This document shows, piece by piece, positions 28,185-38,067 of a stretch of 64,000 bases of DNA. The notes beneath the pieces are model-generated. The model made no database searches. It saw only the letters and a list, made by a program, of their open reading frames with translations, and was not told where the DNA came from. This DNA comes from Patescibacteria group bacterium. Lineage in GTDB: Bacteria > Patescibacteriota > Minisyncoccia > JAHIHE01 > JAGLIN01. Location: assembly GCA_041670805.1 (NCBI GenBank), contig JBAXYM010000002.1, forward strand, positions 1,309-65,308, read 5' to 3'. The translations under genes and the position numbers were made by a program. Numbering within the stretch: position 1 is the stretch's first letter; each line of letters begins with the position of its first letter.

Positions 28185-29327
28185 TTATTTCAGGCGATAG
28201 ACTTTGTTGGGGAGTTTCTCAAAATTTTTCTTGTTCTGCAAGTTGAGAATGATCGTGTTTCTCTTGACCTGCCTTCTTCCCATAACTTCTTTGACGATTT
28301 CCTCCTGATCCATTGTCCCGCCCTTTTCTCTCATTACTTCCATTATAACATCAAGTACCACTCCAGGTCTATATCCCCATTCTTTGAGAGCGTAAATTCC
28401 GCGTCCGATCAGCACAAACCGTCCGTCCTTGATAACCTCATTGTGAACGGTCTGATTGTTGGTCTGCTTCTTGCTTGTCCAAAAGCTGTTGATTCTTTCG
28501 GTAATATCCGTAAAATGCAACGGCTTGTCTTCCCGCTTGAGCGCGAGATATGCCTTGTCCTTGACGCTCTTGGGATTGATGTGCGGCCATTTGTGATGCC
28601 CCCACTGTCCGAGAATATTTTCCAGCACCAATTTGTTTACATCCAAATAAGAACGGATCGACTCGTGAGAAAATTCATTGACCCCTTCCTTCTTCACGCT
28701 CTTTTGCGCCAGCACCACCAGATCGTCAAAGCTCAGACTCTTCTTGGTTTCCCGAAAATAATCTTCCAAAATCTCCAAAGTCTTTTCAAAAAGTTCCACG
28801 CCGCTTACTTCGTAGAAATAGAATTTTTTGTGGCTCGGGCTCTCTTTGGATTTTTTGATCGAATCGTCCAAATCCAAAAGCAAAACCACAATCTGCTTGT
28901 TCAGATCCTTGTCACCTTCCGCAAAAAGATTTTTAACTAATTTGTCTTCCCCCACCAATCCACCGCTTTCCTCGATGATTTTCTTCACATAATCAAAGAC
29001 TCTCTCCAAATCATATTTCCCGACGCTCGCCTTGAGCTTGGCAACCGATTCCGTTTCAATCTGTCTCACTCTCTCGCGCGTAATGTCGTAGTCCTTGCCG
29101 ATACTGTCCAGCGTCTGCGCGCCCTCTCCGTTCAGATTGTATCTTTTAATGATTATATTGCGTTGTCTGTCGTTCAATATTTTGAGCATTTCAAAAACCA
29201 GTTTGTTAAGGTCGACGTTTAAATCGCCTCTTTCTTCTAATTTCTTGTTCATATTATTTGTATAAGTTAACCCAATCTGCAAAAAATAGCACTGCCATAA
29301 TATATCACGATTAAAAAGGCGTGTCAA
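28185..29327 (-). CDS. DNA-binding protein combining a sigma-70 region-4-like HTH with a C-terminal HARE-HTH domain.
   Basis: LNDRQRNIIIKRYNLNGEGAQTLDSIGKDYDITRERVRQIETESVAKLK resembles sigma-70 region 4. The C-terminal DGRFVLIGRGIYALKEWGY resembles the HARE-HTH of the RNAP delta subunit (DGRF..L....WGLR.WY). The likely start is MNKKLEE at about 29250. Confidence 0.5.
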   Translation of the reverse strand: MTRLFNRDILWQCYFLQIGLTYTNNMNKKLEERGDLNVDLNKLVFEMLKILNDRQRNIIIKRYNLNGEGAQTLDSIGKDYDITRERVRQIETESVAKLKASVGKYDLERVFDYVKKIIEESGGLVGEDKLVKNLFAEGDKDLNKQIVVLLLDLDDSIKKSKESPSHKKFYFYEVSGVELFEKTLEILEDYFRETKKSLSFDDLVVLAQKSVKKEGVNEFSHESIRSYLDVNKLVLENILGQWGHHKWPHINPKSVKDKAYLALKREDKPLHFTDITERINSFWTSKKQTNNQTVHNEVIKDGRFVLIGRGIYALKEWGYRPGVVLDVIMEVMREKGGTMDQEEIVKEVMGRRQVKRNTIILNLQNKKNFEKLPNKVYRLK

Positions 29328-29361
29328 GATCTTGGGCTGAACATTTGTTATTATTTGTATC

Positions 29362-29500
29362 TGTCATTCCGGAATTTCGTTTCGTCGAAATATCCGGAAT
29401 CCCCGTGCCATACAAGACCAATCCTCGACTTGTTGTCTCTCGCCACCGACTTTGTCATCCCGAAAGGCGTACTCGCTTGATAAATCCGAGAAATATGCAA
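29362..29500. repeat. Family-B hairpin fragment plus a family-C-like TIR fragment, upstream of the pilin/T4CP operon.
   Basis: TGTCATTCCGGAATTTCGTTTCGTCGAAATATCCGGAATCCCCG, then TTTGTCATCCCGAAAGGCGTACTCGCTTGATAAATCCGAGAAATATGC. Confidence 0.55.
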
Positions 29501-29578
29501 GACTCTGTCAAGCTGGATCTTGAACCCCCCGTATCAAGCTGCCTAAACACCATTCCCGATATAAACCTCCATTTTTTT

Positions 29579-29810
29579 GCGGGAGCAGGTTTAAACCTGC
29601 TCCCTATGATTTTATTTCAAGACCGGCGATGTTTGTTTCTAACTGCCCATGCTGCTTTGTTACGATTAAATCAATAATAAAACATTCCGAAGCTTAAAAC
29701 CCTATGGAGCGGGTAAATACCCGCTCCCGCAAATACGGACACAAAAAAACAGCGGACCCGAAAATCCGCTATTTTTATCCTATACGCGGGAGCAGGTTTG
29801 AACCTGCTCC
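29579..29810. repeat. Cluster of three short family-G perfect-palindrome hairpins (GCGGGAGCAGGTTTAAACCTGCTCCC and variants).
   Basis: 29579-29604 GCGGGAGCAGGTTTAAACCTGCTCCC; 29706-29727 GGAGCGGGTAAATACCCGCTCC; 29786-29810 GCGGGAGCAGGTTTGAACCTGCTCC. Spacings of about 127 and 80 nt. Confidence 0.8.
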
Positions 29811-29897
29811 TTAATAAACACCTTCAAACTTTCACTTGAAGGCTTTTCCAAAACCGCAAAGGTTTGTGGGCTTGAAAAAAGTTAAGAAAAGAGTATT

Positions 29898-30284
29898 TTA
29901 CTCTTTTCTTTTTGGTTTTATAAGCATTTGGTCTATTCCCCAAAGATAGACCATCATTACCGATGCGCCAAGGACGGAGACAACTTTCCCGAGAAAAGGC
30001 ATCGACATGACCGCAACGATTTGTATTACCGTTGCTAATGTGAAAATCAAAGTCACATTCCACGCTACCTCTTTTCTGATGTTAGCTCTTTTTTCTTTTT
30101 CGAAGAGAAGCATGTCCATCAGGCAAAGAACGCTTTCAAGAAGTGCTGTCAGAATTATCGAATTTAGGATAATCCTGTTCACGATAATAATTTCTACCTC
30201 AAGCATGTAACCGGCCATATATAACAAGGCCGCAACACAAAAAACAAAAGCTACAAATTTTGGGATTCTTTTTATCATTGTCAT
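29898..30284 (-). CDS. Hypothetical small membrane protein (3-4 TM).
   Basis: 128 aa, hydrophobic throughout. Confidence 0.4.
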   Translation of the reverse strand: MTMIKRIPKFVAFVFCVAALLYMAGYMLEVEIIIVNRIILNSIILTALLESVLCLMDMLLFEKEKRANIRKEVAWNVTLIFTLATVIQIVAVMSMPFLGKVVSVLGASVMMVYLWGIDQMLIKPKRKE

Positions 30285-30357
30285 ATAGATTTCTCCTTCC
30301 TCGGGTCATCTACTTTTCTAAATTTTACAACCCAAGATTAGCCTTACTGCAAAAACA

Positions 30358-30420
30358 CCGTCTCTGCAGCGACTAAATTATAATTAAGCCGTTGCAGAGC
30401 GCCTTTTGTTTTTATTATTT
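30358..30420 (+). terminator. Possible intrinsic terminator or insulator hairpin upstream of the atp operon.
   Basis: CTCTGCAGCG...CGTTGCAGAG stem with an ~18-nt loop, followed by TTTTGTTTTTATTATTTTTTT. Confidence 0.3.
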
Positions 30421-30570
30421 TTTTCAAAGAACCCTCTTCATAATCCGGAGAGGACAGCAAAGGCGATTTTATGTTTCTGACAGATAAGTAGGAACTGTAA
30501 TATAATTTATGTCCTGTCCGATCAGATTCTCTCTCCTTTGCAATTCTCGCCGGTTTATATCATAAGAACG

Positions 30571-30679
30571 CGGAGTAGCATGGCTTTAGCCTGCGCTGCT
30601 ATCCAATGCGGACAGAGCAAACGTATGCGATGCATCTCTTGGCTTGGGACAACCGCGCAGGCTAAAGTCATGCTACTCC
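30571..30679. repeat. Family-D GC-rich palindromic element, copy 1 (in the atp leader).
   Basis: GGAGTAGCATGGCTTTAGCCTGCGC...(variable ~45 nt)...GCGCAGGCTAAAGTCATGCTACTCC, with an inner stem TCCAATGCG/...TTGGGACA. Confidence 0.85.
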
Positions 30680-30776
30680 ATTGCCATAACAATAAAGAAT
30701 GCGGCACTATTTTTCATTTATGACTCGTCAGCATAGCATGGTATTCGTTATCTGTCAAGTATTTTTCTCGCAACCC

Positions 30777-30805
30777 TTGACTTCTTGCTAAAAATCAACT
30801 AGAAT
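30777..30805 (+). promoter_or_regulatory. Sigma-70-type promoter for the atp operon.
   Basis: TTGACT - 17 nt - TAGAAT, about 40 nt upstream of the atpB start. Confidence 0.55.
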
Positions 30806-30845
30806 GGGTCTGTTGTCATTAAGTAAGTAAAGTAAAACGGAAGAA

Positions 30846-31589
30846 ATGGAAATTTCCATCGCGGCAGAAACAGTCACTCATATATTGGGAATACCGGTTA
30901 CGAATTCCCTGCTGGCTTCGCTGCTCACCACGGTAGTGCTGGTAACCATAAGCTATTTTGCCACCAAAAATCTAAAGGAAGTCCCGAAAGGCATTCAAAA
31001 TATCATAGAGTACGCAGTCGAAAGTCTTTACAATATGATTCAGGACGTGACAAGAGACAAGAAAAAGACTTACAAGTTCTTTCCTTTCGTAGCCACGATT
31101 TTTTTGTTTGTGATGACTTCCAACTGGATGGGGCTTTTGCCGGGATTTTCCACGATAGGCGTCAAAGAAGAAACGGCGGGCGGACACGAGATTGTGGTCG
31201 GATTTTTCCGATCCGCCAACAGCGATCTCAATTCCACCATAGCGCTGGCGGTCGTTTCGGTGCTGTCAATCCAGATTATGGGAATTGCGATGTTAGGCTT
31301 TGCGAAATATGGCAAAAAGTTTATCAACTTGAGCTCCCCTATCGCTTTTTTCATCGGCATTCTGGAAATTATCAGCGAGGTTGCCAAGATGATTTCTTTT
31401 TCGTTCAGGCTTTTCGGAAATATATTCGCCGGCGAGGTTTTGCTTACCGTTATAATGACTATCGCGCCTTTCATTGCGCCGGTGCCGTTTTTCGCGCTGG
31501 AACTCTTCGTGGGAGCGATTCAGGCTTTGGTGTTCGCGATGCTCCTGCTCGTCTTTATGAATACGGCGACGATGTCGGAAGAGCACTAA
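30846..31589 (+). CDS. atpB: F0F1 ATP synthase subunit a.
   Basis: 247 aa polytopic protein with the conserved Arg in the penultimate helix (SFSFRLFGNIFAGE). Confidence 0.9.
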   Translation: MEISIAAETVTHILGIPVTNSLLASLLTTVVLVTISYFATKNLKEVPKGIQNIIEYAVESLYNMIQDVTRDKKKTYKFFPFVATIFLFVMTSNWMGLLPGFSTIGVKEETAGGHEIVVGFFRSANSDLNSTIALAVVSVLSIQIMGIAMLGFAKYGKKFINLSSPIAFFIGILEIISEVAKMISFSFRLFGNIFAGEVLLTVIMTIAPFIAPVPFFALELFVGAIQALVFAMLLLVFMNTATMSEEH

Positions 31590-31650
31590 ATCAAAAAACT
31601 AATAGATTTATATATAGTTTAAGTTAATTAATTTTATCAAAAGAAAAAAT

Positions 31651-31884
31651 ATGGAACTAACGAAAGAATCACTGCAGATCATTTTCGCGTCAGCAACAAT
31701 CGTCATCGGTGCTATCGCTCCGGCAATGGCTATTGGAAAAATCGGTACCGCCGGATTGGAAGCAATCGGACGCAACCCGGAAGCGGCCGGAGATGTAAAA
31801 GGAACTATGATCTTGGCAGTAGCTTTTGCGGAAGCAATCGCTATCTATGCTTTGGTGGTAGCTCTTATCATCAAGTTTGTATAA
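31651..31884 (+). CDS. atpE: F0F1 ATP synthase subunit c.
   Basis: 77-aa hairpin proteolipid with GAIAPAMAIGKIGTAG and the conserved carboxylate helix (AFAEAIAIYALVVALII). Confidence 0.9.
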   Translation: MELTKESLQIIFASATIVIGAIAPAMAIGKIGTAGLEAIGRNPEAAGDVKGTMILAVAFAEAIAIYALVVALIIKFV

Positions 31885-31984
31885 TAAACCGGGGCTTGTC
31901 CCCCTTTTATGTTAGAACATATATTTATGTTCTAAATAAGCGACAAACCGTTATTAATGAGCGAAGCGGAAATCTAATTGATGT

Positions 31985-32095
31985 CGTCCCGGAATTTGCG
32001 CAGCAAATATCCGGGATCCCCGACATGTAAGATAAAACTTTATTGGCTTAGTAGCGGGATTCCGGATATTTCGCAGTAGCGAAATTCCGGAATGA
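31985..32095. repeat. Family-B hairpin pair inside the atpE-atpF spacer.
   Basis: TGTCGTCCCGGAATTTGCGCAGCAAATATCCGGGATCCCC...GGGATTCCGGATATTTCGCAGTAGCGAAATTCCGGAATGACA. Confidence 0.7.
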
Positions 32096-32152
32096 CACCT
32101 TTTTTGTCGCTGATTCGGAATATAAAAATTAATAATTTAAAAGATAAAGACT

Positions 32153-32653
32153 ATGGCATCGGAGATATTTAGCAAGCTGGGAATCAACGGGGCTCTTTTG
32201 ATTTCGCAAATTGTCAATTTCGTTCTTCTTATAATTCTTCTCAAAAAATACGCCTACGGTCCGGTTTTGAAGATACTCAACGACCGCGCGGAGAAAATCG
32301 AGAGGAGCCTCAAGGAAGCGAAAAAAATCGAAGAGGAGCTCAAGAACACCGAAGAAACCAAAGTGGCGGAGATAAGAAAAGCTAAGGAAGAAGCGGCGGA
32401 AATCGTCAAGAAGTCCTACGACGTTGCGCAGGCAAATGCCGAGAAAGCCATCGACGAAACTCGCAAGAAGACGCAGGAAATCGTTGCCAAGGCGAAGGAA
32501 GAAATTCAAGACGAAAAAGAAAAATCCGTAAAAGAAGCCGAGAAAGAAATCGCCGACTTGGCCATCCAAATTGCGGAGAAAATCATCCGCAAAAACTTGG
32601 ACGGCGCCGTCGAGAAAAAGCTGGCGGAAGAGACTTTGTCCAAGATAAAATAG
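32153..32653 (+). CDS. atpF: F0F1 ATP synthase subunit b.
   Basis: N-terminal TM followed by a long charged helix (EKIERSLKEAKKIEEEL...). Confidence 0.8.
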   Translation: MASEIFSKLGINGALLISQIVNFVLLIILLKKYAYGPVLKILNDRAEKIERSLKEAKKIEEELKNTEETKVAEIRKAKEEAAEIVKKSYDVAQANAEKAIDETRKKTQEIVAKAKEEIQDEKEKSVKEAEKEIADLAIQIAEKIIRKNLDGAVEKKLAEETLSKIK

Positions 32654-32659
32654 AAACTT

Positions 32660-33046
32660 ATGAAGATAACACCCAAACAATACGCCATCAGCCTCTTTGA
32701 GATTACCAGAGGCGCGAGCAAAGAAGAATCATCCGAGCTGATAAAAAGTTTCGTAGACCTCCTGCGCTTCAATAACAATCTTTCCATGGAGAAAAAAATT
32801 ATTGAAGAGTATCAAACTTACTGCCGCAAGCAAAAAGGAATTTCCAAGGTGAAAATCAGCAGCGGGGAAAAGCTGAGCCCGGAAATCGTGAGCGACATCG
32901 TTAACCGCTTCGCCGGACAGGTGGAACTCGAAGAGGAAGTGGATCCGGATCTCATCGGCGGCATCGCGGTCGTAATCAACGACGACACGCTGATTGATGG
33001 CAGCATCAGGAAAAAGCTGGCGGATATGAAGCAGACCATAAGTTAG
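32660..33046 (+). CDS. atpH: F0F1 ATP synthase subunit delta (OSCP), short form.
   Basis: C-terminal [22 protein letters not shown] matches the delta C-terminal domain. Only 128 aa. Confidence 0.65.
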   Translation: MKITPKQYAISLFEITRGASKEESSELIKSFVDLLRFNNNLSMEKKIIEEYQTYCRKQKGISKVKISSGEKLSPEIVSDIVNRFAGQVELEEEVDPDLIGGIAVVINDDTLIDGSIRKKLADMKQTIS

Positions 33047-33075
33047 ATTTAAATATTTATAAAATAAAAGAATAT

Positions 33076-34608
33076 ATGAACAGCTATATCATAGAAAATC
33101 TCAAGAAGCAGATCGCCGGAGCCAAGACGGAATCCCAAGTGGAAAAAGTCGGCAAGGTCATCAAAATCGGAGACGGGGTCGCCACTCTGAACGGCATCAG
33201 CGAAGTTATGAGCGGCGAGCTTTTGGAATTTTCAAACGGCGTTGCCGGCGTGGCACTGAACTTGGAAGAAGACGGGGTCGGTGTTATGATTATGGGAGAT
33301 TACAAGAAAATCAAGGAAGGCGACGTGGCGAAAAGCACCGGCAGGATTTTGGAAGTACCGGTGGGAGAGGCTATGGTAGGACGGGTAGTGAACGCTCTCG
33401 GGGAACCGATAGACGGGCTGGGAGAGATCAAGACGGATAAATTTTATCCGGTGGAAAAGATTGCGCCGCGCGTTATCACCAGAAAATCCGTAGACACTCC
33501 GCTTCAAACCGGAATCAAGGCCATCGATTCGATGATACCGATCGGGAAAGGACAGCGTGAACTCATTATCGGTGACCGCCAGATCGGAAAAACCGCCATC
33601 GCTATCGACACGATTATCAATCAAAAGGGCAAGGACGTGACCTGTATCTATGTCGCTATCGGACAGAAAGAATCCAAGATTGCCAAAATCGTCACCAAGC
33701 TCAAGGAGGCGGGCGCGATGGAACATACCATCATCGTGCTGGCAGGCGCTTCCGACTCGGCGGCTATGTCATACATCGCTCCTTACGCCGGATGCGCGAT
33801 GGGAGAATATTTTATGGACAAAGGCAAGGACGCACTTATCATTTACGACGATCTCACCAAACACGCGCAAGCTTACCGCCAGATATCGCTGATTCTCAGA
33901 AGACCGCCGGGACGCGAAGCTTACCCGGGAGATGTTTTCTATCTTCACTCAAGACTCTTGGAGCGCGCCGCCAAGCTGGATGAAAAATACGGAGGCGGAT
34001 CATTGACCGCGCTGCCTATCATCGAGACGCAGGCGGGAGACGTGAGTGCCTACATTCCGACCAACGTAATTTCCATTACGGACGGGCAAATCTTTTTGGA
34101 AACCGACCTCTTCTATCAAGGCATCAGACCGGCTATCAACCCGGGCATCTCGGTGTCTCGCGTCGGTTCCGCCGCCCAGACCAAAGCGATGAAGAAAGTC
34201 GCAGGCAAACTGCGATTGGAGTTGGCGCAATTCCGTGAAATGGCCGCTTTCGCACAATTTTCCTCCGATCTCGATAAAGAAACCAAAAGCAAGATCGACA
34301 GAGGAATGCGACTTACGGAAGTGCTCAAGCAAGACCAATACTCCCCTCTCTCCATTTCCCAGCAAGTAACAATAGTCTTCGCAACCATCAACGGTTTCTT
34401 GAACGAAGTAAAAGTGGAAGACGTGCGAAAATTCGAGGCGGAACTCCTGACATACGTCGGCGAGCAAAAGGCTGAAATTTTTGAAAATATCGAGAAAGAA
34501 CAAACCATTTCCGAAGACACCGACAAGATGCTGCGCGAAACTATCGAGGATTTCAAAAATTCTTTCTTGGACCAAAATGCACCGGAGAAACCGGAAGAGA
34601 AAAAGTAA
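33076..34608 (+). CDS. atpA: F0F1 ATP synthase subunit alpha.
   Basis: [14 protein letters not shown]-loop, 510 aa. Confidence 0.95.
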   Translation: MNSYIIENLKKQIAGAKTESQVEKVGKVIKIGDGVATLNGISEVMSGELLEFSNGVAGVALNLEEDGVGVMIMGDYKKIKEGDVAKSTGRILEVPVGEAMVGRVVNALGEPIDGLGEIKTDKFYPVEKIAPRVITRKSVDTPLQTGIKAIDSMIPIGKGQRELIIGDRQIGKTAIAIDTIINQKGKDVTCIYVAIGQKESKIAKIVTKLKEAGAMEHTIIVLAGASDSAAMSYIAPYAGCAMGEYFMDKGKDALIIYDDLTKHAQAYRQISLILRRPPGREAYPGDVFYLHSRLLERAAKLDEKYGGGSLTALPIIETQAGDVSAYIPTNVISITDGQIFLETDLFYQGIRPAINPGISVSRVGSAAQTKAMKKVAGKLRLELAQFREMAAFAQFSSDLDKETKSKIDRGMRLTEVLKQDQYSPLSISQQVTIVFATINGFLNEVKVEDVRKFEAELLTYVGEQKAEIFENIEKEQTISEDTDKMLRETIEDFKNSFLDQNAPEKPEEKK

Positions 34609-34611
34609 ATC

Positions 34612-34652
34612 TTTGTCATCCTGAGCGGAGCGGAGCGCAGTCGAAGGATCCC
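34612..34652. repeat. Family-E short element in the atpA-atpG spacer.
   Basis: TTTGTCATCCTGAGCGGAGCGGAGCGCAGTCGAAGGATCCC. Confidence 0.7.
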
Positions 34653-34777
34653 TTCACTATCGCCCAAACCCATAATGGCATCGTAGTTCTACCGAGTAAT
34701 AGAAACTTCTCCTAACGTCGGACAAAAAAGTCTGCGTATTAAAACCATAAACAGACCCCAAGCAATAAGTTAATTCT

Positions 34778-35680
34778 ATGCAATCGACCCGAATTATAAA
34801 AAGACAAATCCAGTCTACCAAAAACATCGCCAAGATCACCAAAGCGATGCAGATGGTTTCGGCTGCCAAAATGAGGAAAAGCCAAACGGCGGCGCTTATC
34901 GCCCGACCTTATGCGGAAGCGGCGCTCAAACTTCTGGGCAACGTCAGCAATTCCTTGGAATCGCAAAAGGACTATCCCCTCACCCATAAGCGCGAAGTCA
35001 AAAAGCTTTGCCTCATGGTCATCACTTCCGACAAAGGGTTGTGCGGAGGACTTAACAGCTCGGTGCTCAAAGAAGCGAATAGAATCATTGCGGAAAATCA
35101 AGATAAAGAAATCTGCCTGGTCACTATCGGCAAGAAAGCGGAAAAATTCTTCCGCGGCAAGCAGAACATCGTCGCCATTTTTGACGGCATCGGCGATACA
35201 GTGGAATTGATGGAAACTTTGCCCATCTCGCGCCTTCTGATGAAAGATTTTTTGGCGGAAGATTACGACAAGGTCATTGCCGTCTACACCAACTTTGTTT
35301 CTACACTCAAGCAGACCGTGGAAACAAGGGCATTGCTCCCTATCAGCCAAAAGAGCATCAAGAAAACGATTGATGAACTGGGAGAAGACGAAATCGGACG
35401 TACGAAGAAAATGAAAGACGCGACGGAATATGTTTTCGAGCCGTCGCCGGAAGAAGTCCTCAAAAAACTTCTGCCGAATCTGGTAGAGACGCAAGTTTTC
35501 CACATAGTTTTGGAATCCAATGCCTCCGAGCACAGCGCGCGTATGGTGGCAATGAAAAACTCCACCGACAGCGCGCGGGATTTGCTGGAAGATCTCCAAC
35601 TTTATTACAACAGCGCGAGACAAGGGAAGATTACGCAAGAAATGACAGAAATTGCAGCAGGAGTTGCGGCGCAAGAATAA
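34778..35680 (+). CDS. atpG: F0F1 ATP synthase subunit gamma.
   Basis: N-terminal IKRQIQSTKNIAKITKAMQMVSAAKMRK and a C-terminal conserved helix. Confidence 0.9.
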   Translation: MQSTRIIKRQIQSTKNIAKITKAMQMVSAAKMRKSQTAALIARPYAEAALKLLGNVSNSLESQKDYPLTHKREVKKLCLMVITSDKGLCGGLNSSVLKEANRIIAENQDKEICLVTIGKKAEKFFRGKQNIVAIFDGIGDTVELMETLPISRLLMKDFLAEDYDKVIAVYTNFVSTLKQTVETRALLPISQKSIKKTIDELGEDEIGRTKKMKDATEYVFEPSPEEVLKKLLPNLVETQVFHIVLESNASEHSARMVAMKNSTDSARDLLEDLQLYYNSARQGKITQEMTEIAAGVAAQE

Positions 35681-35756
35681 AATTAGGATATTTGTCTTTC
35701 TGTGGGGTTCCTCTTCCTCATAATAGGGGAATCCGATCAGGGAAATAAACCGCTAT

Positions 35757-35887
35757 TGTCATCTCGAAGGAGTACTCGACTGAGAGATCTGGGAATTGCA
35801 CGCAAACTGGAAAGGTTCAATATGAAGACTTAAACTTTTCGCCATTCCGTACATTCCCCAGATTTCTCAATCGGAGTACCTCATTTC
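35757..35887. mobile_element. Family-C MITE inside the atpG-atpD spacer.
   Basis: Same TIRs as 9184-9321 (TGTCATCTCGAAGGAGTACTCGACTGAGAGATCTGGGAA ... CCAGATTTCTCAATCGGAGTACCTCATTTCGAAATGACA). Confidence 0.8.
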
Positions 35888-36187
35888 GAAATGACAAATA
35901 GAAATTTGATTTCAATAAAGCACGTTAAAAATTTAGAGATTGAGTTTTGGAATAAAAAAGGAGGTGATAAAAATCACAGGCGAGCACATAAAAGAAACAA
36001 GGGAAGATTTAAAATTCAGGAGATTCTATTATAAAGACCTAGCTCTCCACAACGGAAAAACTGTTTTGGAAAAGCTAGAATATTTAATCAGATATTTTTT
36101 AAGTTTTTTCTAAAAAATCTTCCCCAACTTTTTTTCCAAAACCCAATTTCTAAATTAAAATTTTACACATACATTAAACACTTATAG

Positions 36188-37573
<1,386 letters not shown>

Positions 37574-37635
37574 TTTGGAACCTGCCTCTGTCGTTTGCGA
37601 GGAACAATGACGAATATAGAGTTTAAAATAAAATT

Positions 37636-38058
37636 ATGAAAATAGATTTACAAGTAGTCACTCCGGAAAAAATCGCCTTTGAGGGAGAAATCGATCAAAT
37701 CTCGCTTCCGACCAAGAATGGACAGATTACCATACTGCCCAAACATATTTCTTTGGTGAGCACCGTTAAGAGCGGCGAGCTCGTTATCAAAAACGGCGAA
37801 GAAGAAATCTTGATGGCGGTTTATGGCGGCTTTGTGGAAGTACGAAAAAATCAAGTACGGGTTATGACCGATGTCGCGGAAAGGGTGGATGAGATTGACG
37901 AAGAAAAAGCACAGAGGGCTCGCGACGAGGCGCAAAGAAAACTCCAAGAAAAAGACCGGATGGACGATGTTGACTTCGCCGACGCGGTAAGGCAACTGGA
38001 AAAATCTTTGGCTCTGCTGAAAGCCGTCAAGAACATAAAGCGAAGAGGGATAAAATAA
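37636..38058 (+). CDS. atpC: F0F1 ATP synthase subunit epsilon.
   Basis: 140 aa with an N-terminal beta-sandwich and a C-terminal helical hairpin. It follows atpD in the operon. Confidence 0.85.
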   Translation: MKIDLQVVTPEKIAFEGEIDQISLPTKNGQITILPKHISLVSTVKSGELVIKNGEEEILMAVYGGFVEVRKNQVRVMTDVAERVDEIDEEKAQRARDEAQRKLQEKDRMDDVDFADAVRQLEKSLALLKAVKNIKRRGIK

Positions 38059-38067
38059 GTTTTTAAG

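Noticed and set aside
29579-29810. Possible CRISPR array, given repeated GCGGGAGCAGGTTTAAACCTGCTCCC units with intervening unique sequence; also checked at 52840-52983.
   Set aside because: There are only 2-3 units and the spacers are irregular (about 80-130 nt). The repeats are perfect palindromes of 22-26 nt with sequence variants, and no cas genes are nearby. This fits REP-like hairpins, not CRISPR.
30538-30723. Small ORFs of 60-105 aa overlapping family-D palindromes (30538-30723, 40913-41230, 43666-43950, 48070-48303) and family-A/B repeats (15035-15238, 23687-23887, 55804-55992, 61809-62039, 62903-63088).
   Set aside because: Their sequences are simply translations of the repeat consensus (e.g. 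recurring ...LACAAVQC..., ...GPHQKWCE..., ...HTISGVIR...). The same peptide motifs recur because the nucleotide repeat recurs. There is no start-context conservation, and both strands read open because of the palindromic symmetry.
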